Source: Octopus sinensis
Lineage: Eukaryota
DNA: 64,000 nt
Assembly: GCF_006345805.1 (NCBI RefSeq)
Contig: NC_043014.1
Span: 49,166,001 to 49,230,000, forward strand
Direction of reading: 5' to 3'
The translations under genes were made by a program, and so were the position numbers. Below the pieces are notes generated by a model. It did no database searches. It worked only from the letters and a program-made list of their open reading frames with translations, and had not been told where the DNA came from. Positions 13,096-25,345 of the stretch are shown piece by piece (positions within the stretch are counted from its first letter, which is position 1; each line of letters starts with the position of its first letter).

Positions 13096-14308
13096 CAGGG
13101 GTTGGACAAAATAATGGAAACACCTTAACGTTTCAAACAAATTTATTTTAATATGGCAGTAATTACAAGTTGAATTCTACGAGATATGGACTTGTGCAAA
13201 GTTTGAATTCTTTCCAAAGGAATTTTTGTTCAAACAGTCTCCAGTTCTTGTAGTGATGATAGTGGAGGATATCGGCTCCTTCCTTATTTTTCTAAAATGC
13301 ACCAATAAGTGTTCAATAATATTGAGACCTGGGGACTGTGGTGGCCATATAAGATGTTCAACCTCACTAAAATGTTCCTCGTACCATTCAGTAACAACTT
13401 TAGCTGTGTGAATTGGTGCATTATCATTCTGAAAAATTGCATTTCGCTCCGGAAACAGTTCTGCAACCATTGGATGAATTTGATCAGATAAAATGCTTCA
13501 ATAGTCTTGACTATTAATTCTGCCATGAAGGAAAATCATTGGGCCAGCGGATTTCCAAGATATAGCCCCCAAAGCTCATCATTGCAGATCCTCTTCCATG
13601 TTTAATAGAAGAAAGCAGTCTGGGTCAAATGCTTCTTTTGGCTGACTCCACAAGTACACTCGGTGGTCGGAAAAAAGGTAAAGGATGACTCGTCCGAGAA
13701 AATAACATTCATCCACTGCTCTGGGGACCAATTCTGTAGATTTTTACTCCACTCTAAACGCTTTGCAACGTTTGTTTTTGAAAGTAGTGGTTTTCTTGAC
13801 TGTAGCCCTCCCTTGAAATCCTGCCTTTTGTAGCTCCCGGTGAACTGTTCTTGTGGAAACTGGGTTCTCGAGGTGGTCATTAAGCTCTACAGTAATTTAG
13901 GGAGCTGTACTTTTGTGATTCTTTCTAATAATTCGCATAAGAATCCAACGGTCCCTATCTGGAAGTTTTGGTTTTCTTCTGGAGTTTTGTTTCAACGAGG
14001 AGGTTTTTTTCCTCTTTCTCAAAGGCTGTCATTACTTTCGAGACTTCTTGATACACCAAACATTTCAGCTGTTTTCGTTACGCTAGCGCCTGCTATACGA
14101 GCACCAACAATTTGACCGCTTTGAAAGTCCGATAGATCTGTCATCTTAATGAATTTTAATTACCTTATTTTGATGATATCTGAAAAGAAAAAGCAATTTT
14201 AGCAAAACATATTAAGCAACACTAATAATAAATCAAAAAACGTTTTGACGGTTTTATAAATATCTCAAAATTATGATGTTATGATGCTAGGTGTTTCCAT
14301 TATGTTTG
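13096..14308 (-). mobile_element. Tc1-family DNA transposon, decayed
   Basis: TIR CAGGGGTTGGACAAAATAATGGAAACACCT and partial reverse copy at ~14289-14308. Transposase fragments MTDLSDFQSGQIVGAR (ATG at 14144), VIFSDES, FQNDNAPIH, WPPQSPGLNIIEH. Confidence 0.9.
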
Positions 14309-14679
14309 CGCGTGTGTGTATGTGTGTGTGAGAGAGTGTTATATCATATTATATTACATAATTTAAGTGATCTACAACAGCCTGTCCATCTTGTTGTTGT
14401 TGTCGTTGTTGATGATGATGATGATGATGATGCATTTATCACTCTGTCAAACACACCTCTTACATTGTTCTCTCACTTATTTACGCTCAGTTTTCTGTGC
14501 GCATATTAAAAACATCGAACATTCGGATCCAAAATGCTCAGCCACTACATCAACCGTATCAGACAAGGAAGGTTTGACATTGTTTCATTAACTAAAAATC
14601 GAAAATTGGAGAATATCTTTTTGTCAATGATAATGTGTGATATCATATTTCATACGCAATCATTTTGTTTTTATTTCAG

Positions 14680-16163
14680 GATGAAGGAAGTAGAAGAGAA
14701 TCGTATAGGGAGAGAATTAAAAGATTTCCAAATGTAATGGAAGAAAGTTTTGAGAAAACCAAAGAAGATTGGTCGTCTTTCTACAAAAAAGTAGAAAATT
14801 CGTTGAATAAAGATATCTCATTTGGTTTAGAAGATGAGATTCGTCAAAAGAACGTCCAAGTATATATTCTTTGGCAGATGAAAGATAAATCCAAAGCTGA
14901 AGAATTAGCCAGTGAAGTTCGAGAAAAGAAGCCAGATAACCTGGTGGCATTAACCAGCCTTGCATTCATTCATTTGGACAATGGAAATATCCCTGAGGTA
15001 AGAAACCTTTTGGATGATCTAAGTAATCTTGAAGAAAGAGAAAATTTCTCGCTGATAGAAGCAGAAGGCAAAAGAAATGTTGCTTATTGTTTAGCTACTA
15101 TATCTTTTGAAGATCATGAAAGAGCTGTCGAACTTTACAAAGAGTCTCTCAACGTTTGTCCGGATGATTATCTGTGTATGTTTTCTATTGCTTTGTTGCA
15201 ATATCGTTGTTTAAGAAAGAACATAGATAAAGAGAAAAGATGTGAAAATATTAAGGAATCAATACAGTACTTAGAGAAAATACAATGTGCTTTTCGACAT
15301 ATAACAAGGCCCTAATGGGAAGAACATTAGCATTGATTGGTTTGTTTCAACTTAGACCTTATAATTTTCATAGTCAAGTAGCTGAAGAGTATTTTCAGAG
15401 AGCTCTTGATATTTCCCCTGATGACCCCTATGTTTTGGAGAAAAGTGCCAATAATTATATACTTTCAAATCAGCATGAAGAAGGAAGAAAATTGCTTGAA
15501 AAAGCAATTGAAATAAAGGCAACACCATATTCTCATCATCAGCTTGGATCAATTTCTCTAAGAATTGAGAACCCTACATATACATATGTCCCAATGAACA
15601 AACAATTCTCAAAAGAAACGAATGAATTTGCGAAATTTTTAAAACATGCTCAAAATATTCCTCCTAGAGAAAGGAAAGAGTTAATCAACAAAGCTGAATA
15701 TCACTTTCAACAAGCTCTTGAACTTTCTTATAGATATTCACCTGCTCTCTATGATATCATTATATTATATATGTCTTTGAAAGAATATGACAATGCCAGG
15801 AAGTATTGTGAAAGATTTAAAGCAGATAACACAAGGCAAGATGTTAATTTTTACATTTCGTTTGGAAAATTATGTTTTAAAGAAGCAGATGTAAAAAATG
15901 ATGAAAAAGAAAAAGATCAATTAAGATGTACAGGAATGGATTGGTTTGTTCTGGCTCTTAAATCTGCTGTAGAATTTCTTCCTTTCAACAAAGACCTGAT
16001 AGAAATTTGGGAGATAAAGGAAATAATACTTGAATTATATGAGTATGGAAATGGAAATGGAAATACTGAATACAAAAAGTTTGTTTTGGAATTCATTCAC
16101 TCAGTAGAAGACCTTGCAAATGATAAAGAGCTCCAAAATATACTTCACAAGAGTGAATTATAA
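14680..16163 (+). pseudogene. IFIT/TTC22-like TPR protein, main exon, copy 1 (frameshifted near 15296-15303)
   Basis: Acceptor TTTTTATTTCAG|GAT. ORFs 14665-15315 and 15285-16163 join into the protein seen in copies 2 and 3. CGACATATAACAAG here vs CGACAACATAATAACAAG in copy 2 is a 4-nt loss (could be an assembly error). Confidence 0.8.
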
Positions 16164-16451
16164 AAGATTAATTGTGTTCATACTTTTCTTATTACTTTCT
16201 TTATTGATAATACTCAACAATATTTTGAAATTCATTGTTATATATCTCACGTTTTCTGAAGTAATACCAAACACGTTTATCTAAAGCTAAATTTTAAAAA
16301 TCATATAAATTTAGACTACTCCTTTCTTTGAAACACAAGATGAATGTAGCAAAGAATTCTACAGGAAATATTACTGCCTTTGTATGGATGTGGCCCTGAA
16401 ACCAACGTTGAAATGACGTCAGAGCATTCAAAGGATGACGTCATAACTAAC

Positions 16452-16789
16452 TTTCATTTTGACATATTTTAACATCCCCAAACAGTGAAGAAGTGGCAGA
16501 AAATATTGGAATGAATCTAGAAATATGTTTTGCTTGAAAGTTCCATTTGATAATCGTGACTACATATTGGGATGATGTAAAACTGGAAACCTTTGCATTA
16601 TACTGAAACATCGTTGGAATATTGGAATTCTATAAGTAACAATCAAAAATTACTAATTTACACAAAAGACACCAAGTAAATCCTTGAAGATTGACAACCT
16701 AAGTAAGGACGACATTTTACTATCAGGAAGCATGAAGCCAGAAATTCCAAAACATTTAAAAAGTTTTCCTCAATTTAAATGGCAATGTG

Positions 16790-16827
<38 letters not shown>

Positions 16828-16960
16828 AGGGGGAGGGGGGAGAGAGAGAGTGAGAGAGAGAGAGGGAGGAGGGAGAGAGAGTGAGAGAGTGAGAGAGAGA
16901 GAAAGAGAGAGAGAGAGAGATGAATAGTTTTAGTTTCCTTTGCAGACTATATTAGTTCGT
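16452..16960 (+). pseudogene. Degenerate TIR domain downstream of TPR copy 1
   Basis: Reconstructed across frameshifts: FHFDIF(L)TSPNSEEVAENIGMNLE..CLKVPFDNRDYILG* ... ILLSGSMKPEIPKHLKSFPQFKW-[(GA)n]-DE*F*FPLQTIL. This resembles TIR box1, box2/BB-loop (LKV..D.RD..G) and box3 (FW..L). Confidence 0.65.
16790..16921. repeat. (GA)n microsatellite inside the TIR relic
   Basis: Direct reading. Also at ~33041-33161 and ~60484-60621. Confidence 0.95.
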
Positions 16961-17400
16961 GTTCATTAGTGTGCAGATCATTTCATGTGTCTGTATTTTG
17001 GCAATGTCCTATCTAAGAGTTACTGCTGCTGTGGTGGTTCTACATCAGATGTAACTTAACATCGGTGACAGGTCTTGATGATAAACTTTAATACTATTTT
17101 ATTATGAAAGCACTAAAGAACTGAATGGCATATTTGGCCCTTGTAAATTGTTTGCCTCTTTTCTGGGACACAAGCAAATAACTGAGGCAGCAAAATCTTT
17201 CAACAGGTTAGCCATATGTGGAAGAGTTGTAACTTTCAGTTAAACGGGCATAAAAGAAATCGATGTAATAAACATCACAGAGAAAATACGTATAAACTTA
17301 TCATCAGATCCTCGTTACTTCCCTGCACTTCCCATAAAAACATGTAAACATTCCACTAACCAAACCACATTAGTTATGTATTAAAACCTTTTAACTTAAA

Positions 17401-17744
17401 GAAGAAAATAATGCGGGAGTGCTATGATAGTAGTAGGATGTTGAATGGTCAAGTGACCTAAAAGTGATCACTTGACAATTTTAACATCCTACTACTATCC
17501 TAACATCCTGCATTCTCTTATTATTCTGTCTCTTTCTTCTTCTTCGTCTTCCTCTCCACCACCTCCTTCCTTACTTTACTACTACTGCTGTTTAGAATAA
17601 CATCTACGAAAATATTATAAACAATACATTCAAAAGAGATATCACAAGGATTCAATCACTACTACCATCCACAACAATCCACTTTCTGGGCACAACACCA
17701 TTTAACATCCTACTACTATCATAGCACTCCCATATTATTTCTTC
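17401..17744. repeat. Inverted-repeat element with internal 74-nt hairpin
   Basis: GAAGAAAATAATGCGGGAGTGCTATGATAGTAGTAGGATGTTGAATGG vs CCATTTAACATCCTACTACTATCATAGCACTCCCATATTATTTCTTC; hairpin at 17426-17499. Copies at ~33642-33985 and ~61102-61445. Confidence 0.8.
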
Positions 17745-18457
17745 CTCCTCCACCTCCTCCTTCTTCTTCTTCTCTGCCAAGAATTCACAATGACCGCGAA
17801 CCCCCAAGAGTAAACAAGAGAGACAGAGACAGGCAGAAACACGGAAAATGTCCCTTGTATTTGAATACTATGCAAACATTCTTTTAAAGTACTTTTCATT
17901 TAATTTTTTCAAAATTTAATTGTTTTCTATACTTACAGTTGAAAAAGTATCAATGACTGAAAACGGTAATGAAATGTTTTTTTCATACAATTATTTTAGC
18001 ATTTTCTACCTTGACTTTTTTCCATATTTATATATATATATACATACATACATTTTATTAACCTTAGCAATTTCACATAAACACACACACACCCACAGAT
18101 TCCTCTCAATGACTTCTAATATCATCAATTCACTGGTCAACATATTTCACTACAGATTGACAAATGTATTTTCAAGTGCATCGATGTGTGTAAACTAGGT
18201 TGCCAAACAGACATGAAACCTGATACCATTGTTCCAACATTTAGCATAAACTCAATGCAGCATCACTTGGTTAACATTACTTACAAACACAAACAAGCCA
18301 TTCCAATTTGTTCTCCTCTTTCTTATAATATCTCGTTCATGTCTAACCCCTGCCATTTTCCCAATAAATAAAGGAAATTTATTTCATTTCATAAACTGAA
18401 AATATCGGAAAGTTTTCATTAAATATAAATTCGAAAATTTGAAAAGAAATTTAATAG

Positions 18458-19357
18458 TGATATGGGGTAATTCGGAGAAAGAGTGCTTGTGGCCTGGTTC
18501 CGTGGTTTGGCGCCAGGCAGACGGATAAAGCCTTTGTTCTGTCAATTTTTAGAGAAATTAATGAGTTTGGAAAATACCTCTGACCCTTTTCCGGTCAAGC
18601 AAAGTTTAAGAAACCACCCTTTAAAATGCGGTGAGCTGTGAGTTTGTTGGTCAGTTCTGTCTGAGACGGTGAGTTGGCAACAGGTGCAGTCGGGAGAGGC
18701 TATGACAGGGATGACAGTCATGGCGAGAAAGACAGGCAGATAGCATTGGGGGCATGTAGAGCGAAAGAGAGGGATTACGGCGAAAAGGCATGGCTATTGT
18801 AGTAGGAGTTTGTAGCGGTATGTTTTGTTTGTGTTAAAATTGTGAACTGTGTTGAAAAGAAAAAGTATTGTGTCAATAAAAGAGAACTGTGAATTGAGGA
18901 AAAGAGGAAGAAAAGAAAGAAAAAAGAACATTGTGTTAAAGAGAAAAAGAAAGAAAGACTTTAATGTTGAACTGTTTCGAACTCTATATTGCATCAAAAC
19001 ATTAATGTTTTGATTGTTTCCGGACGTTCTGTATTGTGCATGCCTTTTGTTGTTTTCTTTTTTTAAATTCTGTTGCAGGTTATTTTCTTAAATGTATCTG
19101 ATATGTTTCACGTTTTATTTGATGTTGTAATAATTGTATAAACTGTTGTTAAACGTTAAGCAATTGCCTTCCGCCGTCTCTCTCTCTTCTTCCTGCTGTT
19201 GTTGTTGTTGTTATCTCCGGTCGCCGGTTCGAGTTCGCTGCCATCCCCCACCACCGTTTTCTCTGTGGCGGATTCCGTTCGACTGAGCCTGGTCAATCGT
19301 CGTCGCTCGACTTAGTAGGGTCCCGGGTTCGAGTTGAGCGACGGCAGGTTCGTAACA
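18458..19357. mobile_element. Solo LTR, unit 2
   Basis: TG...CA with perfect ATAG TSD. Confidence 0.78.
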
Positions 19358-19834
19358 ATAGCATTGTGTCTACAAGATGCCTGTAACAGCACTGGATTTT
19401 CCAAAATTGACAATAAAAATTGAAATAAAATAAAAATAAAAGTATACAGTTGTGTTTGATTGTTGTTTTCCTAAAAATTATTCAAAGAAACAGATGTATA
19501 AGAAGAAAACAATGAAAGATGAAAAAAAATCGAAATTAGATGAATTTCTGATGAATTTGATCTCATAGGATACATATAAGGGAAGGTAATGAGTTGTATG
19601 AAGATCTAATATTGAAGAAACAAACCTTCTAGACTCACAAAATACTTAAACTAAAATATAAGTGTCATAATAGTGGTGGTTGGCTGCAGAGTTTCAAAGT
19701 TCGACGTAACTTAATGTTTCGTGTAGTATATGATGAAAGGTATTCAGTGGACAAGGAAGCAGCTGTGAAGGTATGGAAGAGTATTTATATAATATGTATT
19801 TATTTATATATATATAAATATATATATATATATT

Positions 19835-19898
<64 letters not shown>

Positions 19899-21165
19899 AA
19901 AAGTATTAAATGAATTATAAATATAATATAAGTAAGAACACAAAGGTACGTTTCATGGCTACAATTAAATTTGAATTACAATTAAGTTTAAATTCAATTG
20001 AAATAAATTAAAATTAAAATTATAGTCAATCTTCAGGTTAATGATAATAGTTAAATAAATAAGCAAATAGAGTTAAACAATATTTATTTAAGAAATAAAT
20101 AAAATAATAATTTTTCTTATAGAAAAAACTCCATTATCAAAATTAGAAACTTAAATCATTAGGATTATTTCCTACAACACATTTATTAAGTTAAATATTT
20201 ATTTTTAGGGTAAAATAAAATAGATAGAAATATGTATTTATCTATGAAGATATAATATAGCTTTAAAAAAACATAATAAACTCTCGAATATCCTTAACTC
20301 AGTTATAGTCCAATATTTAATTACCAAATTATTTAACAAAATAATCACTATTCATATTTTTAAATTTAAGTTCACATCTAATAAATATAAAATATTTAAA
20401 AATAAGCATCTAAATTATAATCAACAAATATAGTAATTAAAATCTAAAATTTACTCTATCAATAAATATAAAGACATATAATGAAAAATAAATAAATTAA
20501 TTAGTCCATTATTACTTACATAAATATTATAAATATCAATATAATATATTCATGAAATACATTTAAAAATTAAATTATTTATGTATTGGTTTATGTCTAT
20601 CACTGTTTGAGTTGCATAATAGTGGTTTTATCTCTAATTCATATTTTATATCTCTATACTGTGAAATTTGATTTAATAGTAAACTGAATATTTCCCTGTA
20701 AGCTTGGAGTTATACTCCCTAATATTATTATTTATATGTATATATAATCAATAATAATAAAGGGTAAAATTAATTAATAATTAATGATTTTACCAATTAG
20801 TTACCAGCATCGGTTGTCAAGCGATGTTGGGAGGACAAACACATACACACACATACATATATATATACATATATACGACGGGCTTCTTTCAGTTTCCGTC
20901 TACCAAATCCTGGCCCGAAGCTATAGTAAAAGACGCTTGCTCAAGGTGCCATGCAGTGGGACTGAACTCAGAACCATGTAGTTCGTAACCAAGCTACTTA
21001 ACACAAAGCCACTCCTACGCCTATTTAAATAATTTTTTTTTTCTAATTTGATAATATTCGAGGAATTTATATGACTCACTATTTGCTTTCCGTTTCGTTT
21101 TTAGTTGTTTCTGGTTTCTAGGTATTTAATAAACGTATTCAGGTTACTCGTTTATAAATGACATT

Positions 21166-22634
21166 GGATCTTTTCGGTTTGAACGGCAGTTTTTTAAAAT
21201 AATTTACACGTAGGAGTGGCTGTGTGGTAAGTAGCTTGTTTACCAACCACATGGTTTTGGGTTCAGTTGCACTGTGTGGCACCTTGGGCAAGTGTCTTCT
21301 ACCATAGCCTCAGGCCGACCAAAGCCTTGTGAGTAGATTTGGCAGAGAGAAACTGAAAGAAGCCTGTCGTATATATGTATATATATATATATGCGTGTGT
21401 GTGTTTGTATGTCTGTGTTTGTCCCCCTAGCATTGCTTGACAACCGATGCTGGTGTGTTTACGACCTCGTAACTTAGCGGTTCGGCAAAAGAGACCAATA
21501 GAATAAGTACTGGGCTTGCAAAAGAATAAGTCCTGGGGTCGAGTTGCTTGATTAAAGGTGGTGCTCCAGTATGGCCGCAGTCAAATGACTGAAACAAGTA
21601 AAAGAGTAAAAGAGAGAGAGAGAGTAACTAAACACTTTTAAACTTCGTATTCTGGTAGAAAGTGTTTATAAAACATCTTTTTCTCTTGGCTGTCTTGAGA
21701 AAATTCTATAGTTTGTAAGATATTTGTTGTTTTTTCCCTTCAATTTCTGCAATTTCAACCAATCAATGATGTCTATTGAGCTGAAAACATTCTGTGTGGT
21801 ATGAATATGTTCCTTGTTTAAGAAACAGATTGGGTTTATTTACATTTGTGAAGAAAAAAAATACCCTTCCCCCACCTCTAACCCTAACCCTAAAAGAGAT
21901 TGAAATGCAATAGATCGATACTAGGGTCATAATTACGGTGACAATTTCATATGACATGCTAGAAAAAACTGCCGTTCAAACCGAAAAGATCCCATCTTTT
22001 TCTCTTGGCTTTCTTGAAAAAATTCTGTAGTTTGTAAGATATTTTCTTCAATTTTGGCAATTTCACCCAATCAATGACGTCTATTGAGGTGAAAACATTA
22101 TTTGACGTAAAATTTTCTGGCGTTGAAATATGAAAATGTCCCGCGTTTAAGAAACAGATTGGGTTTATTTACATTTCTGAAGTAAAAAAGATACCTTTCC
22201 CCCCACTCCTAACCCTAACCCTTACTCTAACCCTAAAACAGATTGAAATGCAATAGATCGATACTAGGGTCATAATTATGGGTGGACACTAAAGAGGGAA
22301 CGGTTTTGTTATCCAGCTGTTTACGAGTGACCCGTCAGTTTATGGCCAATGGGTATCTTTTTTCTCATAAAAAAAAACAGGGACATTTTCATATGACGCC
22401 GCCATAAAATGTTACGGCAGAAATCGTTTTCACATCAATAGACGTCATTGATTGGTTGAAATTGCCGAAATGCAAGAAATTAAAGACCAAATATCTTACA
22501 AACTATAGAATTTTCTCAAGAAAGCCAAGAGAAAAACATGTTTTATAAACACATTTTACCAGTATACGAAGTTTAAAATTTTTTAGTTACATAGAAATTA
22601 TTTTAAAAAACTGCCGTTCAAACCGAAAAGATCC
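21166..22634. mobile_element. Composite/nested GGATC-TIR element with 8-bp TSD (ATGACATT/ATGGCATT)
   Basis: TIRs at both ends, an additional internal right TIR at ~21965-21991, and a SINE insertion. Copy at 37465-38990. Only the left TIR survives in unit 1 (~3245). Confidence 0.75.
21211..21625 (+). mobile_element. tRNA-derived SINE, full length, nested in a TIR element
   Basis: GGAGTGGCTGTGTGGTAAG head, GTAAAAGAGTAAAAGAG tail. Copy at ~37510-37975. Deleted in unit 1. Confidence 0.85.
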
Positions 22635-23604
22635 ATGGCATTTTTTCACAGAATACTTTTACTTTTATACTTTTAGTTGGTGGTGCAAAAACTGCTGCTG
22701 TTACCGTCTGAGATTACTTTAACAGATATTATTACTTTTTCAATTTTTAATGGCTTGTGATGACCCTCCTCTTACGTTCTGGAAATTCATGAGTATCCTT
22801 TTCGCCATAACGGTGTCCCAACAGAGCTGAGTTTATTGACACGAAATTGAGTTGACTCGAAATGGGAGAACCACATGCAACAAGTTGAAGGAACATGGGC
22901 CGGCATAACATTTCAGTAATAAACGAGGCTCTGGGAAACAACTCTTTTAAGGTTTAAGCTAATAAAACGGTGAAATGGGTAACAAAACATGGCAGACAAT
23001 ACAGTTGTTTCGCTAGAAATGAAATTGTAAGATTCCTTCTGCATCTGTTAAAATCGAAGTTGCTTGTATAGTGCAGCGATTTTATAGAAGTTAAGTTGGT
23101 GAAGGTGGTGGTGCCTGTTATATGTATCCTTAAATCCTTAAAAATGTTTCAGCCCGAAGGTCGCGGCCATGCTGGGGCACCACTGCTGTATATATACTCT
23201 TTTACTCTTTTACTTGTTTCAGTCATGTGACTGCGGCCATACTGGAGCACCGCCTTTAATCGAGCAACTCGACCCCGGGACTTATACTTTTGCAAGCCCA
23301 GTACTTATTCTATTGGTCTCTTTTGCCGAACCGCTAAGTAACGGGGACGTAAACACACCAGCATCGGTTGTCAAGCAATGCTAGGGGGACAAACACAGAC
23401 ATACAAACACACACACGCATATATATATATATACATATATACGACAGGCTTCTTTCAGTTTCTGTCTACCAAATCTACTCACAAGGATTTGGTCGGCCCG
23501 AGGCTATGGTAGAAGACACTTGCCCAAGGTGCCACACAGTGGGACTGAACCCAAAAGCATGTGGTTGGTAAACAAGCTACTTACCACACAGCCACTCATG
23601 CGCT

Positions 23605-23761
<157 letters not shown>

Positions 23762-25345
23762 TAGTATATATATATATACTAGCAGTATCGCCCGGCGTTG
23801 CTCGGGTTTGTAAGGGAAATAACTATATAAGCATTTTTAGAGAGTTACTTCCCTTATATAACCCGAGCAAAAATCATTAAAAATGCGGAAAAATGATGGT
23901 AAATTTTTTTTAAATCGTAGACTCATCGTACACGCGCGCTAATACCCAGAAGGGCTCGATATGAATGACGACTATAAGATACCCGCTTTTGGTTAAACTG
24001 CACCGCAAAATGTGGGAGTAGTTAGGAATCTAAATCGGAGGAGACAGAGTCTCACACACAACTTTAATGTTATTTATAAAGATATATATATATATATATA
24101 TATACATGTAAATTTAAATTTAAAATAATAAGAGTGAAAAATTGAATATCAATTTGATTTGTAAGAATTTAAAGCCAGTGGTGTAGCATATAAGACCATA
24201 GCGGATCTTCTTCTAGCAGAATGGATGTCCAGTTACTGCCCTCCCTGTTATATAATAGTTTCAGTATTTAAGTGAAAGTATCTGACATTACAACAGAGAA
24301 ACGTTTTTCTTTCACTTTTGACACGTAATACTGAAATAGTAGAGAAGATACGATATTGCTGTTGGCTCGCCCTAGGCAAGAAGTTATTATTTTTTTTGCT
24401 CATGACACCACATGGACCCTAATCAAGTCTAGCAGAATGTATGTCCAGTTACAGTTACATAATAGTTTCATTTTAATAGTTTCAATATTAAAGTGAAAGT
24501 ATCTGACATTACAATAGAGGAATCTTTTCTGTTTGATGGACGGAATTTTCTAGTTAACTAAACAATTTGAAACTTCGTATACTGGTAGAATGTGTCAAAA
24601 GAAAACATTATCGTAAACAAAATTGAAAACAAAATTGTAATTCGTAACTTAAACGTAGTTTAATTTTACGAATTTTAACTCATGAAATGGCAGCATTCGA
24701 GCTCAAATTATTTACTGCGCACACGTCTTATTCATCCTTGTCTCTTCTGTCTTCTACATGTGCTAGAAATAACAGCTATATCTCATCAATCGATGAATTT
24801 CGTCGCCCAATAAAAATATTAACGATATTTTTTGAATATTTTCTTAATTTTTTTTTTACCATGGTTTTGAAGGGACAGAAACAACAAAAACAAAACAATA
24901 ATATGCCTAAATCGGTCTCGCGCGTGGAGTGTGAGTAGTATTGTAAAAATTTGCGAAATATTTTTTCATAAAAGGATGCCCCAGCTTGTCGGAAGCTGTG
25001 ATATAAATTGGGAAATTGGTACTTAATTTATCGACCCCGAAACGATGAAACATTGACCCCTTCCCTTCTGGTTTATTTACCTTTTGTGCAAATTTGTTGC
25101 GGCAAGTGGCAAAACACGAACGTGTATGTGTGCGTATGTGTGAGTACGTATATGTCCGTTTGTATGTGTGTGTACGCTTATATATTAATTACTATGTGCT
25201 TGTGCAAATGTATATGCATGTGTTTGAGAGAGAGAGAGAGAGAATGTGTGTGTGTGTGTCGTGCGTCTGCTATATTTCTTTATCAATATCGATAACGCAG
25301 CAATGCTGGGATTTCATTGGTTAAAATTCGAAGATGTTGGGATTT

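Noticed and set aside
14665-14679. MFLFQ N-terminus given by the ORF track for the TPR protein
   Set aside because: It begins at TTG within the polypyrimidine tract and acceptor (TTTTTATTTCAG), so it is intronic.
17100-17385. Roughly 95-codon nearly open frame after the TIR relic (YYESTKELNGIFGPCK...)
   Set aside because: It has an internal stop, no start or splice support and no recognisable domain.
21211-21285. tRNA gene
   Set aside because: The A/B boxes belong to the tRNA-derived SINE head; there is no cloverleaf with a proper acceptor stem.
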